The notes under the pieces were generated by a model that was not told the origin of the DNA, did no database searches, and saw nothing but the letters and a program-made list of their open reading frames with translations. A stretch of DNA of 63,906 nucleotides, counting the filler, from Octopus bimaculoides (Eukaryota): the NCBI RefSeq assembly GCF_001194135.2. It is 8 parts of 7 records of this genome, joined end to end, with 100 filler letters (N's around TTAATTAATTAA, not from the genome) between each part and the next. Parts side by side here need not be neighbours in the genome. Positions count along the whole stretch, not along the records: positions 43,235 to 58,547 come from NC_068983.1; positions 58,648 to 62,298 come from NC_069006.1; positions 62,399 to 63,906 come from NW_026413402.1; 5 more parts are not named here. One strand, written 5' to 3'. This document shows, piece after piece, positions 51,201 through 63,906 of this stretch (position 1 is its first letter; each line of letters starts with the position of its first letter). The position numbers were made by a program, and so were the translations under genes.

Positions 51201-53504
51201 NNNNNNNNNNNNNNNNNNNNNNNNNNNNNNNNNNNNNNNNNNNNNNNNNNNNNNNNNNNNNNNNNNNNNNNNNNNNNNNNNNNNNNNNNNNNNNNNNNNN
51301 NNNNNNNNNNNNNNNNNNNNNNNNNNNNNNNNNNNNNNNNNNNNNNNNNNNNNNNNNNNNNNNNNNNNNNNNNNNNNNNNNNNNNNNNNNNNNNNNNNNN
51401 NNNNNNNNNNNNNNNNNNNNNNNNNNNNNNNNNNNNNNNNNNNNNNNNNNNNNNNNNNNNNNNNNNNNNNNNNNNNNNNNNNNNNNNNNNNNNNNNNNNN
51501 NNNNNNNNNNNNNNNNNNNNNNNNNCTGCCACACACAGCCTCAACTCACTTCTTTCACATACAGACTCATACTATTGTGTACTAAAGAACTGGTATAATT
51601 GCTCACGTGTTATTGACTCTCTTTCCATCTGCTGTAATAACTCACATACACATACATGTATCACTCACATACATACTTTTCTTGGTACGACGGTCTGTCT
51701 TTGATTATGTTATTATATGTCGCATTCACACTCACACACAGACATACATCTTTAACGCCATAATAAATATCTCTGTTATTCATCTCATACGGTTGTGGTC
51801 TTTCATTACTGGTCATCTATGTTATCGTAGTATAACATATCATGTATATCATCATTTGATNNNNNNNNNNNNNNNNNNNNNNNNNNNNNNNNNNNNNNNN
51901 NNNNNNNNNNNNNNNNNNNNNNNNNNNNNNNNNNNNNNNNNNNNNNNNNNNNNNNNNNNNNNNNNNNNNNNNNNNNNNNNNNNNNNNNNNNNNNNNNNNN
52001 NNNNNNNNNNNNNNNNNNNNNNNNNNNNNNNNNNNNNNNNNNNNNNNNNNNNNNNNNNNNNNNNNNNNNNNNNNNNNNNNNNNNNNNNNNNNNNNNNNNN
52101 NNNNNNNNNNNNNNNNNNNNNNNNNNNNNNNNNNNNNNNNNNNNNNNNNNNNNNNNNNNNNNNNNNNNNNNNNNNNNNNNNNNNNNNNNNNNNNNNNNNN
52201 NNNNNNNNNNNNNNNNNNNNNNNNNNNNNNNNNNNNNNNNNNNNNNNNNNNNNNNNNNNNNNNNNNNNNNNNNNNNNNNNNNNNNNNNNNNNNNNNNNNN
52301 NNNNNNNNNNNNNNNNNNNNNNNNNNNNNNNNNNNNNNNNNNNNNNNNNNNNNNNNNNNNNNNNNNNNNNNNNNNNNNNNNNNNNNNNNNNNNNNNNNNN
52401 NNNNNNNNNNNNNNNNNNNNNNNNNNNNNNNNNNNNNNNNNNNNNNNNNNNNNNNNNNNNNNNNNNNNNNNNNNNNNNNNNNNNNNNNNNNNNNNNNNNN
52501 GAGGTAAAAATCAACAAAGTGAAATTTCAAATGTATGTCTCGTTAGCTTCTTTTATTTATTCCTAATCAGAAAGCTGCCATCTTGTCACGTCTAGTCAAA
52601 CTAATATGATTCAGGGGAATTCGGCGACATTATAACCCTTTTGTCACTCTGGGGTGTAAAACTGGACACTGGAGATTCCAACATGTGATTACTGACCCAA
52701 TAGACCAATTCCTAATTTGAAGAAACGGTCAAATGAATGGAGAAAAGTATCGGTCATTTAGAAGGTTTAAGTTAATAGATTTGTCTGTGTGTACGTGTAA
52801 ATTGTCTGTGCGTACGTGTGTGCTGTGTAAATTTACTCTCAGCGTTGGCTTTTTGTGTGTATGAAAATAGAATGATGAGTGTATTTGTGTTTGGTTTTGT
52901 GTGTGGAGTAAGCAACATAACTGAATGTTAGGAAGCAGTGGGTATATGCATGCATGCATGTATGTATGTATGTATGTATGTATGTATGTATGTATGTATG
53001 TATGCGGGCAGGTTCGTGTAGAAGTGTGCATGTATGTATGAATGTATGCATGAATGTATGCATGTATACATGCATGTATGTATGTATGCGTGCGGAAGAT
53101 TGTATGAGTGTGCATGCATGTATGCACTTATGTATGTATGCATATCTCTAAGTATGCGTGTATGTACTTAAGTACGTATGCATATATGCATGCCTCTGTC
53201 TTTAAGTACGTACTCACGTATGTATGTATTATATATGTGTGTATGTATGTATGCATGCATGTATGTATGCATGTATGCATTATAAATGTGTTTGTGTGGG
53301 TGTGTGTGAATGTGTATGTGTACGTATGTATATATGTTTGATAGTAGGTATTCTGCGGGGCTCTGTGAATAGTTAGGATGTGACTAAAATTGTCTTCATA
53401 TGTATTTGTGCGCATGCGTATGTATGAGTTTGTGGTACGTGGGAAGACATTATTTGAAAAGAGAAGATGGGTACGTGTGTGTGTGCGTGTGTCTATATGT
53501 GAGT

Positions 53505-53539
<35 letters not shown>

Positions 53540-53775
53540 CGCATGCGTGTGTGTCAATATAAGCGTTCATGTGTATATGCATGTTGTGCTTAAGGTGAAC
53601 GTTTTTAATGAAGAGAGTTTGTGTATCCATACGCATATGCTTTTGAGTGTGTTAGGATATAACATGTGTTTATGTGCATGTGGGAATTTTTGAATGTACT
53701 CGTGTATGCCTCTATAATTTCGTATGCGTGCATGTATATTCCAGTTAATGTTTGTACGCGTAAGTCAACGTTCAT

Positions 53776-53871
<96 letters not shown>

Positions 53872-55789
53872 GTGTATTCGTTTGAGAAATATGTATAAGG
53901 GATTAGATTATATATGTGTATGAATATATATTTTAATTTGTCTGCGTGAATATCTGCGAATGCACATGCATATGTGGACCAGATAATCAGTCAAATAATA
54001 TGAGGCTTATATTTTGTAACAACCATTATAATTTGCCAATAGGTTCAGGTAATTAACCATTAAAATGGCCAGTGTATATAGCTGTGAATTGGAAGTGTAT
54101 GTTATGGATAATACCTATCTGTAAGCATTATTTCATTAGCTTGCCGTAAGTCTTATGTTAGATGCAGTACATAGCTTAGAGCGCGGTGGGTTCAGCTATG
54201 AAGGCTACCAAGCTCAGATTAACCTTTATCCAAAATAAACAATGGCTTAAGGCAACAAAAGAAAGTCGTCACGATAGAGCTTTTTTTTTTTTGCAATATT
54301 GGATTTACAGTATTACAAATGATAAAGTATAATACATAAAAATGAATGTTTAAAATTTATAATTTTTCGTCTTGTTTTAGTTGTGAGAAAATTATTTGTC
54401 TACATTGCGCATAACTATTTGGTGCTAAAGAAATAAAAAAAGAAAAGCAGGTTACGTTTAATACAGTTGTGGGTCTGACATGGGGGATAGTCTGGAAGAA
54501 TATTGAATTTTTAATCTATTATTTCCCATTCAGCAATTATTAGTCCTTAATGTGTTATCAATTAGAAAATGGAAGGCTCGAGTGATGATATTAAAGGTTT
54601 GGCTTCGTGATTCACTTGATATTCATTTGTTTAATATGACAGCCCTTCCATAAACTGCATTAACACAGTTTCCAGGCTGCCCTTCCAACCAAAGGATTAA
54701 GGTGGATATCATCCTATCACACAAACACACACACACGCATACATATGTGGGAATCTAACGAAATAAGGTATATTTATAAAACAAGAATTATTGTTTGTTA
54801 AATAAAAAATATTTCGAAGACTTTTGTATGGTAACTATTTATTTAAAGTTTAGTGCAACCACGAGCACCCCTTTTTATGAAGCGGGCTGCATGAGACATG
54901 GATCAACATCAGGCGGGCAACACTACCAAAACTGCAAGGCAGATTTTCGGTAGGCGTACCATTCAGCAAGTCACTCGGGGCGCAGTTTATTCATGATTGA
55001 TGAATAAAGAAAAAGTTGACTGATTTTAAGCAGCAGCCTTTGGTTGATCTTCTGTGTTTTCTCTTTTCCACCTTAGAAAGATCTTCTGTCCTTCATGTAG
55101 ATCGAATTTAAAAGAGTAAAATAAGATAAAATAGATAATAAAATTAATATTGCGAAACGGAATTGGTAAATTGGAAGGAACTTACGTTATATTGATGGCA
55201 TGGATTAAACAGCTTGTCGGTAGTTTGAAGGTGTGTGTTCTAAGCGACATTGAATTACAGAAATTATTAACAAATTAGAAAAATAAAAGGCATTTCTCAG
55301 TTCATCTGTGTTGGTTAATCTGCACATGATCTACTTAAATATAATAATAAAGTGCTAATAGTTTTAAAAGCAAAAACACGTTCACGAACATTACAAGTTC
55401 AATAGATGAAAGACCACAAAGACAACAACAACAACCCCAAAAATCGAAAACAAAAAACACTAACTCCACCATTACTTTATAACAGTATAAAAGTGTAGGA
55501 GCTAGACTACAAAATTACCACTAGGGACAAAAAAAAAAAAAAAAAAAAAAAAAAAGAAGTCATTGCATTTGAAAGAAGGAACACAACAACGATCACTATC
55601 ATCACAATCACTAAGAACAAGTAAAAAAAAAGATGAAAAATAATGAGAAATTATAACGTCTCAATCACCTGCATTTAAAAGGTGTTTACAGAGAAGGAGA
55701 ACATGAAATAATATGCCACTATGCCCATACCAAGCTTTGTAAAAGATATATAATAAACGGGCTGGTTATTCTCCACAAACTGCGCAGAG

Positions 55790-56190
55790 ATGCATGGAAG
55801 GTCTAACATGGAACACACTGAAAGATTCCGACATTCTGATCATCGATAAAGCAGACGTGTCTGAATGGCAGCTGCACGCACTCTCACATGAAGATATGTT
55901 GTATACCAGTTGTACTTATCGAAAGAAAAATATGGGATGGAGAACAAGCTGCAGCAGTCGAGTAGCAACTATCTTTTAAACTTGGCAATGCAGTTGATTT
56001 AGTTACAGTAAACACAAAGTTACATACATCAGCACATAGACACTGCTTGCAAAAATAATAAACTGGTCACTTCAGAAGCCCCGCTTCACCTCACTTCGAC
56101 AATACTGCTGCTAAATGTCAGAGTTTTGTAACAGTTTAGTGGTAAGCGTAAAATTCTTTACCTGGGTGACCTTACCATATGCAATCAAAC
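55790..56190 (+). mobile_element. Possible decayed Helitron/PIF1 helicase fragment
   Basis: TLKDSDILIIDKA (Walker-B-like LIIDEA) followed about 300 bp later by QFSGKRKILYLGDL (FGGK...GDF.Q-like). Heavily disrupted. Confidence 0.35.
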
Positions 56191-56444
56191 AATATACAAA
56201 GAACTTATAGAAACTTATCAACTGTCAAACATAACAGATATAGAAATACACATACCAAAGTATATTATCTTTCGAGGTGACAAAGAAAAAGAAGTCGTAG
56301 TGGAGTTGATACGTACATTCGTGAAGTTGTCACTTCTTTAGTTTTTGCTCCTTCTTCAGCACCACATCTAATAGCGTTACACTGCTATATCTGGTGGCTA
56401 TTTAAGCAATGAGTTCGTGGATGGTTAATGGGTTGGATATATTG

Positions 56445-56483
56445 CTGAAGAAGGAGTAATAGCTCCTGAAAATATACATATTC
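56445..56483 (+). ncRNA. Hammerhead core with intact stems II and III but defective stem I
   Basis: CUGAAGA-AGGAG(UAAUAG)CUCCU-GAAA-AUA(UACA)UAUU-C. Only 1 bp of proximal stem I forms. Confidence 0.45.
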
Positions 56484-58647
56484 CCCCATTATCTATTTTT
56501 CCATCTTCGATCACATTGCTTACATTAGACGTTAACAAATCAGTGCTGGCTATAATTTCTATAGAAAATTTGTAGAGATAACTTTAAAAAAAATCTTTAG
56601 TTCTGCTTTTTATACCGAAAAAAATTAGTTTCTGACTTATTTATAATACACATACGGCGACTTGTACTATGTATAACATATTGTACACAAGTTTCCTCAA
56701 ATAATATACAACTGAAGAGGGCTTCAGAAAGATAGAAGATACTTTAAACAAACTGGAACAAGATATCAATATATTTCTCGTGAGTTAATTCAATGTTACC
56801 GAGATCAAATGACGCGAGAGACCCATTCTCTCAGAAATGTCGCAATAATATTAGTTTCAAATTTTGGCACAAGGCCAGCAAATTTGGAGGAAGGGGTATG
56901 TCGGTTATATCGACCTCAGTGCTCAACTGGTACTTATTTTATCGACTTCGAAAGTGATACCTATAATTTTTTTTTTACCAAACACAGAAAGAACAAAATA
57001 TAGTCAAATAGCAACTGTCGTCTAGCAATTTAGGAGCGCCCAAACTCTGGCAGCCTGAATTTCTACAAAGCTCAAAGAAAATTATCTCAGTAAGAGGTCT
57101 TCAAATAAAACTGACCTCCAATTTTTTCTCCAGTCACCTCAAGTAAGGTCTATAAACTAGTTTTGGGTAAACAGGGGCATAATTAATATCACAGCAACAT
57201 ATACATGCATCTATATTAAAAATAACTAGTAAAATTGGCTATAAAATTGATAAAAAATTCATATGTAATATAATGATAGGGAAAGAAAGAAGCGATAACT
57301 GTAGAGGTGGCGATAAATTGCAGTAAATTAGATGTCAATAAAAGAGCTAATACAACGACCAAAAGGACCGATAAAGATATTGAAACGAAGGATACCTCCA
57401 ACATTAAGCAAGGTACATGTTAATTCTGAATTTAAAGAGATCAAAAACATATTCAGTAGGAAAACAATGGAGGAAGTTTATTCCACTATTCAAACTTTCG
57501 GGAAAAAAAAAAGAGCTTAGTGCATGGAACTTGCAGCGTGTTAATGAGAATACGAAAGCTTGAAACTGATTCGTTAAATTCAAGAGACTGAGATCTGATA
57601 GGAAATTCCTACACTGGTGGGACCAGGAAATGACGCTCATTTAAAAGCCTTCCATAGAAGTAAAAATAGAAACTGGTTAGGCTTGCAACATTCTGGTGAG
57701 GAGAGTTGGAGTAATGAAAAGAGCTCATCACCAACTAGACTACACGTTCGATCCTGCAATACTCTCTATCAAGAGTGGACAATGTATGCTTAGAGAAACT
57801 CCCCTAAATATGTAAGCAGTTGTCCATTTTTGGGTGGATCTGGCTCCTGTAAAAATGTGATAGTGTTTCAGGTGTTAAGGGCGGTATTAGAAGTCAGGAG
57901 CACTATTCTAACCACTATTCCTTCATAATGTAAGAGTTCCCTTCTGTTGTTAACTATTTCTGCTCTTGTCAGCCGGTTTAGTATTATCAATATTCCCATT
58001 GATCGGCTCATTTTTCTTGTCTAGTCTTCTCGCATTGTGTATTGCTATTACGGCTAGTGAAAAAAGAGAACCGGACATTGTGCGTACTGAACATTCTAAG
58101 GAATAGAAAGCGTTTCTCGATTGCAGTGTAAAACTGCTTCGGAAGGTTGGAAATTATTTGTTTCCCGAATCTAGCATTGTACCATAGAGTAGTCCTGGAA
58201 TTCCTATTACTTTGGGCATTATTATGTATTGTGTGGTTGTTAATGTTAGGGCTTTTCTTTTTCCCATGGTGGCTGCTCGGATATATGGGGCTCTTGCTAT
58301 CGTACTTTTTGTTGCATATTGTGCATGTGTACTCCGGGGTAGTTTACTTCACTTCTAAGGTTCAGTATACTATGGCTTCTGCCGTTATTTCCACTAGGTA
58401 ATTGCACCCAAGATTCCCTCCTGTTTGTATCTTTTTTTACTACTATCCGAACTGCATATTTTTGGGTTGTATCTTATGTATTTGTCCCTCTCTTTTATTG
58501 GGGGAGGGGGTTTATCTGGTTATCCCTCTAAACTCACATTAATTATANNNNNNNNNNNNNNNNNNNNNNNNNNNNNNNNNNNNNNNNNNNNTTAATTAAT
58601 TAANNNNNNNNNNNNNNNNNNNNNNNNNNNNNNNNNNNNNNNNNNNN

Positions 58648-58744
58648 TCCAGTGTACAAGCCGTGCCACAATGCCAGATATGCAAAAGTGATGAATTTGG
58701 AAAGTTCTTTATTGCCCAAAAATCGCAGTCTTTTCATTAGGTAC
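58648..58744 (-). CDS. LPCAT3: Lysophospholipid acyltransferase 5 (MBOAT family) exon with the catalytic His; runs into a gap
   Basis: tcatag|G TAC... gives (K)YLMKRLRFLGNKELSKFITFAYLALWHGLYTG, compared with recalled human LPCAT3 RYIFKRLKFLGNKELSQGLSLLFLALWHGLHSG. Confidence 0.92.
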
Positions 58745-59335
58745 CTATGAAAGAGAGAGAGAGAGAGAAATAATGTGTGAAAAAAAATTAAAACATAAGG
58801 AAAAAAATGCATTAAAAAAAAAAAGCACAGAAAAATCTGTAACAATTTGAAAGAAAAAAAATGGGAAACATTTTTAAAATTATTTCTTATAAATCCAATA
58901 TGACAAGTTGATTTAAATGTTAACTTAGAGCAAAGGGGGACAATTTTTTATCATTTACTTGTTCCAGTTATTGGACTGCAGCCATACTGGGGCACCACCT
59001 TGAAGGATTTTAGCCCATTGCTGAACTGCTAAGTTATAGGGATGTAAATGAAACAACACCAGTTGTCAAGCAGTACTGGAGGACAAACACACACATAGAT
59101 ATACATGTGTATGTGTGTGTAAATATATGTCTATATATATATATATATATATATGACGAGCTTCTTTCAGTTTCTGTCAACCAAATCCACTCACAAAGTT
59201 TTGGTCGACAAAAACATGAAGACACCTGACAGTTATTGAGTATGTCAACTAAAGAAAGAGAACGTGAGAAAGAACTAAAAGAATGACAGAGAGAGAGAGA
59301 GAGAGAGAGAAGACGAAGAAAGAGAAAATACTTAC

Positions 59336-59502
59336 TTAACCATCCAGGTACTGGTTTGTACATTGAAGGCCTTTGTGAGGCCGTACAGACTAAAAGAAGT
59401 TTCAAATTCATAGAGTTTGATGTTTTCCATGGAATTCCATGTGGGATTGCCTTTCTCGTCTTCTCCATTGTAAGGAAGACCAGTTAAAATACAGATCCCC
59501 TC
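59336..59502 (-). CDS. LPCAT3: LPCAT3/MBOAT5 internal exon
   Basis: ttgcag|GAG...GTT AA|gtaagt, 167 nt, phase 0 to 2, EGICILTGLPYNGEDEKGNPTWNSMENIKLYEFETSFSLYGLTKAFNVQTSTWMV. Confidence 0.92.
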
Positions 59503-59569
59503 CTGCAATAATAAAAATAACATTAAATATTTATAACATAATAAAACAATATGATACTTTCAAATTTTG

Positions 59570-60090
59570 ATACAAGGCCAGCAATTTGAGGGGAAGGGAT
59601 AAGTTGATTACATCAACCCCAAAAAGATGAAAGACAAAATCGACCTCAGCGGAATTTGAACTCAGAATGTAAAGACAGAGAAAATGCTGCTAAGTGTTTT
59701 GAATGGCATGCTAATGATTCTGCCACAAGGTTAAGAAGTTTGTTTCATAATCAGGAGGTTTAAGGTTCAATCCTATTGTGTGGCACATGGGTCAAGAATC
59801 TTAAACCATATTCTTGGGTTGATCCAAATTTTGAACAAAATTGGATGAACGGCAAAGTTGACCGCGGCGGAATTTGAACTCAGAACATAACGGCAGTCGA
59901 AATACCGCTAAGCATTTCGCCCGGCGTGCTAACGTTTCTGCCAGCTCGCACCTTTCAGTTTCTGTCGACCAAATCCACTGACAAGGTTTTGGCCAGCCTG
60001 AGGTTATAGAAGACACTTATGCAAGGTGCCATGCAGAGGGACTGAACCTGAAACCATGGGGTTACGAAACAAACTTCTTACCACACATCT
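59570..60090 (-). mobile_element. Intronic SINE cluster (both major families)
   Basis: Family motifs as above. Confidence 0.8.
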
Positions 60091-60430
60091 TGTGCAATAT
60101 TAACAAAATGGTTCACACAAACCAATATTTAGTTTGGAACAAAACAGGCCTTTAGACCAATGTAACAAGACTGATTCAAGATTCTCTTTATTATCTCTCA
60201 GTGTAGTCAATTAACAGGAGGAAAACACTGCTGGCAAGCTGAACAAGAAAAGAATCTCAACATTTGTTTGTGGGGTGGGTAAAACCCTGTTGTAGGCTGG
60301 ATTTGGCTCACAAGCCGTAAGTGCCCCACTTCTTCCCTAAAACTATATTCAGTTCTTCATCCTCCTGTTACATACATTCAAAGAAACTTTTGGACTTAAA
60401 GGAAAAATAACAGTGATAAATTCTACTTAC

Positions 60431-60517
60431 TGAGATGTGCCAGCAAGCTATATACCTGGATAACACATAGCGCCCCCACACGATGATATAGAGACACTTT
60501 ATAGGTAAGAATAAATC
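60431..60517 (-). CDS. LPCAT3: LPCAT3/MBOAT5 internal exon
   Basis: tttttag|GAT...TCA|gtaagt, 87 nt, phase 0 to 0, DLFLPIKCLYIIVWGRYVLSRYIACWHIS (recalled human: FRCMYMLIWGKFVLYKYVTCWLVT). Confidence 0.9.
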
Positions 60518-60760
60518 CTAAAAAAAATAATTGTAACTCATTAATTCACAGGTAAGTTTATTCATAAGGTATAAAGCAAAAACTGAATATTATAAAGCAT
60601 GTATGTATAAATATATATATATCAATTCCCTAAGGAATTATTGAAGACCCCATTGCTATCGCTCTCCTGTGAATGTCTATTAGATTAATTTGTTTATTTA
60701 TTGATTCATTTATTAATTTTATTAATTTATTTATTAATTTATTTTAGTGATTATCCCGGA

Positions 60761-60991
60761 TGGGTAGATTATTTTTGTTGCTCCTGGGAGGTTATCATTG
60801 CTATTATTTTATTTTATATTATTACTGTGTCTTATTATTGGGCTTGCTCATCAGTGAAGGAGCTTGAAAAGATTCCTAGGAGCAAGCATTTCTGAAGGGA
60901 GTTCCCTTAGCCCAATAATAAGACACAGTAATAATATAAAATAAAATAATAACAATGATAACCTCCCAGGAGCAACAAAAATAATCTACCC
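60761..60991. repeat. ~83-bp near-perfect inverted repeat abutting a gap
   Basis: 60761-60843 and 60909-60991 differ at one position. Part of the spacer (atcagtgaaggagcttgaaaagattc) recurs at ~62273-62298, also next to a gap. Confidence 0.85.
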
Positions 60992-61415
60992 NNNNNNNNN
61001 NNNNNNNNNNNNNNNNNNNNNNNNNNNNNNNNNNNNNNNNNNNNNNNNNNNNNNNNNNNNNNNNNNNNNNNNNNNNNNNNNNNNNNNNNNNNNNNNNNNN
61101 NNNNNNNNNNNNNNNNNNNNNNNNNNNNNNNNNNNNNNNNNNNNNNNNNNNNNNNNNNNNNNNNNNNNNNNNNNNNNNNNNNNNNNNNNNNNNNNNNNNN
61201 NNNNNNNNNNNNNNNNNNNNNNNNNNNNNNNNNNNNNNNNNNNNNNNNNNNNNNNNNNNNNNNNNNNNNNNNNNNNNNNNNNNNNNNNNNNNNNNNNNNN
61301 NNNNNNNNNNNNNNNNNNNNNNNNNNNNNNNNNNNNNNNNNNNNNNNNNNNNNNNNNNNNNNNNNNNNNNNNNNNNNNNNNNNNNNNNNNNNNNNNNNNN
61401 NNNNNNNNNNNNNNN

Positions 61416-61450
<35 letters not shown>

Positions 61451-62943
61451 GGGGGGGTGCATATGTGTATATGTATGTGAGGGTGTGTAAGTATACATAA
61501 ATACATGATAAATTATAAGACAAAGTTAAGTCATTTAATTTGGTGGAATGATGCGTAGAATACTAGTAGAAATGTGGAGATGCACCTGAACCTTAGTGGA
61601 ATTAGAAAATTAAGTTAAACTACAATGGATACCTGGCTATAACTAGAAAGACACCGTACCTATAATTTAAGGAAAAAAATCACTGTAGTTAATGGGTCAG
61701 TTAAAAATAATCTCACTTAGAACCCCAAATTATCCATTAATAGGAGGTAACCACTAATAGTGCAAACCAACCCTAGGTTGCGACAATATAGTCTGTGCAG
61801 CCTATAAGTGTAGATTGTATAAGTGCCAATATATGATTGTTACTAATAATAATAATAAGAAGAAGAACAACAATAATAACAAAAAATAATAGTAGGAGAA
61901 GAGTTTGTGAGCACACACAGTTGTAAGGATGGAAGCAGAGCATATAGATAGAATTGTAATAGAGATGTAAGCGGCAGCTGGGAATCTGCCACCTAGACCT
62001 AGGAACAATCCAGTATAGATTGGATGAATAAGAGAAACGGAACGGGTAATATAGTACAGTACAATACAGCCAATTGTTAGATCTCTAAACAGGATATAAG
62101 TGCATGACTCTACCATAATAAGGATAGATATGAAATTAAAATAGGAACTGGGAATAAGATAACAAACTGAGGAGTTTAGTAAGAAGAGATGAGGTTCAAA
62201 TCTTAGTATAAAACCCATAGAAGATAATGATAATAGCAAATAATGATAATATATTGAAATATTACTGAATATATCAGTGAAGGAGCTTGAAAAGATTCNN
62301 NNNNNNNNNNNNNNNNNNNNNNNNNNNNNNNNNNNNNNNNNNTTAATTAATTAANNNNNNNNNNNNNNNNNNNNNNNNNNNNNNNNNNNNNNNNNNNNTG
62401 ACATCCAAACTTCTGTTCTTGTTGAAAGCCTTTCAGATTTCATCACTTCATCTCTTCTCTCGTGAGTTCCTGATTCACCGTCGTCATAGGTTTAAATACC
62501 ACCATTTATAGTGCCATTATTTCTTTTCAATAAATAAATAAATAAATAAATAAAAAGGAAAAAAATGGCAGACTGCTGCTGGAAGACTGGATCACACTTG
62601 TGTCGCGCATTCCCCATTAAAAGCCACAGATGCAACAACTTTGTAGCGGATTTAAAGTCAGAAACCGTGGAAGAATTCACAAAATATCCTTCAACAACAT
62701 TCAATTGATTAACTAAAAAGAATTTCGCGGAAAATCCGAGACTTTCGAAGAAAAAAAAAAGAAAAAAAAGAGTGACATCCATCTTTTTTATTTGACTTTC
62801 AGACAAATGCTTCAAACGCCTTAATTAGCATATTTATTCTTTTAATCTCAATTATTACCTCTTTTGGCAAATTTCAAGCAATTCTGTATCATAGTAATTC
62901 ACAGGAACTCATTAGGGTGGTGGTAGTAGTGGTGGTGGTGGTT

Positions 62944-62976
<33 letters not shown>

Positions 62977-63194
62977 TCTTGGAGACACAGGTACCAATTT
63001 TTGCACTTGATATTTTACAAAACTGTTACACTTTATAAAGAGTGAACCATATTAGTAGTAGTAGTAGTAGCAGCAGCAGCAGTAGCAGTATTAGTAGTGG
63101 TGGTGGTGGTGATGGTGGAATGTCTTTGGGATTCACGCATCAACTTTTGTAGTTCATATTTTTCAAAATTGTATGCTATACAGGCTGCTTAATG

Positions 63195-63228
<34 letters not shown>

Positions 63229-63906
63229 TTTATGTGTGTATGCATGAGTATAAGTATGTATGCCTATATGTATTTATGTATGTATGGATGTAGGTATGCA
63301 AAAGAAAGATTTAAATTCATACATATATGAATACATATATACAAATATACATAAATACATATGTATATATATACATACACATATATACACAAATACGCAC
63401 ACATGCATGTACACATACATACACATGCATACATATACATGCATTCATATATACAAACATAAAAACACATACATACATACGTCTTTGGCAGAATGACCAA
63501 TGCAACTGAAATTTATTCTTCGACAAATAAGAGCGAACTTGTTTCGCCAGTAATTTAACACAAACACACACATACACACGCATAAAAAGAGAGAAAAGGC
63601 GTGATTGAGAGAGGAAGAGAAAAGTGTTTGATGACAAGATGCGTGGTGAAGGAGAATATTAAGGATAGCAATGGTAAAACAATGGCGGGGGAATCGTGAG
63701 ATAGAAGCATCGAAAAAGCAGCGTTCTGTTAATATAACTCAAGGTAGTCCTTGTTGCTTAAGTTGGTCGGAAGAAGTGGGTGAAGATAACTGGCTGCAGA
63801 TCAAATATGGCGTGTTAGTTATTGTGTAAAGAGAAGAAAGAGAGATGAAAAAGAGAAGAAAAGAACGAACTGTGTGAGAGAGAAACAGAGTCAGTGGATG
63901 ATAGAT

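Noticed and set aside
55020-55240. Two small minus-strand exon-like segments as LPCAT3 3' exons
   Set aside because: Splice-like signals exist but no frame resembles the LPCAT3 C terminus.
58147-58401. Hydrophobic plus-strand ORF resembling a membrane protein
   Set aside because: It is probably the antisense reading of an A/C-rich decayed retroelement segment. The same concern applies to 57216-57404 and 61802-62239.

Overview
AT-rich, microsatellite-dense animal genomic DNA with many N gaps. The SINE families and repeat style point to a coleoid cephalopod, most likely Octopus (inference, not searched). Most of the window is transposon debris: tRNA-derived SINEs, Penelope-like RT/GIY-YIG fragments, RLE-type (Dong/R4-like) and L1/Tx1-like LINE fragments, and mariner, maT and Tc1 DNA transposons. 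Almost all ORFs in the supplied track are microsatellite or N artefacts. Host genes: (i) three in-phase minus-strand exons of an MBOAT acyltransferase matching LPCAT3/MBOAT5 (58648-60517); (ii) a candidate four-exon minus-strand gene for an unrecognised ~106-aa protein (37008-44507); (iii) a plus-facing promoter-like block (2 E-boxes, CCAAT, TATA) at ~50.9-51.2 kb that runs into a gap. The most notable signal is a set of hammerhead ribozyme (HHR) motifs in several unrelated repeat contexts. The best is a fully canonical type I HHR with Schistosoma-like tertiary-contact geometry (16297-16356), sitting at the tip of a ~130-bp TA-flanked rod-shaped fold-back element with no coding capacity. All calls were made by eye; no searches or folding programs were run.
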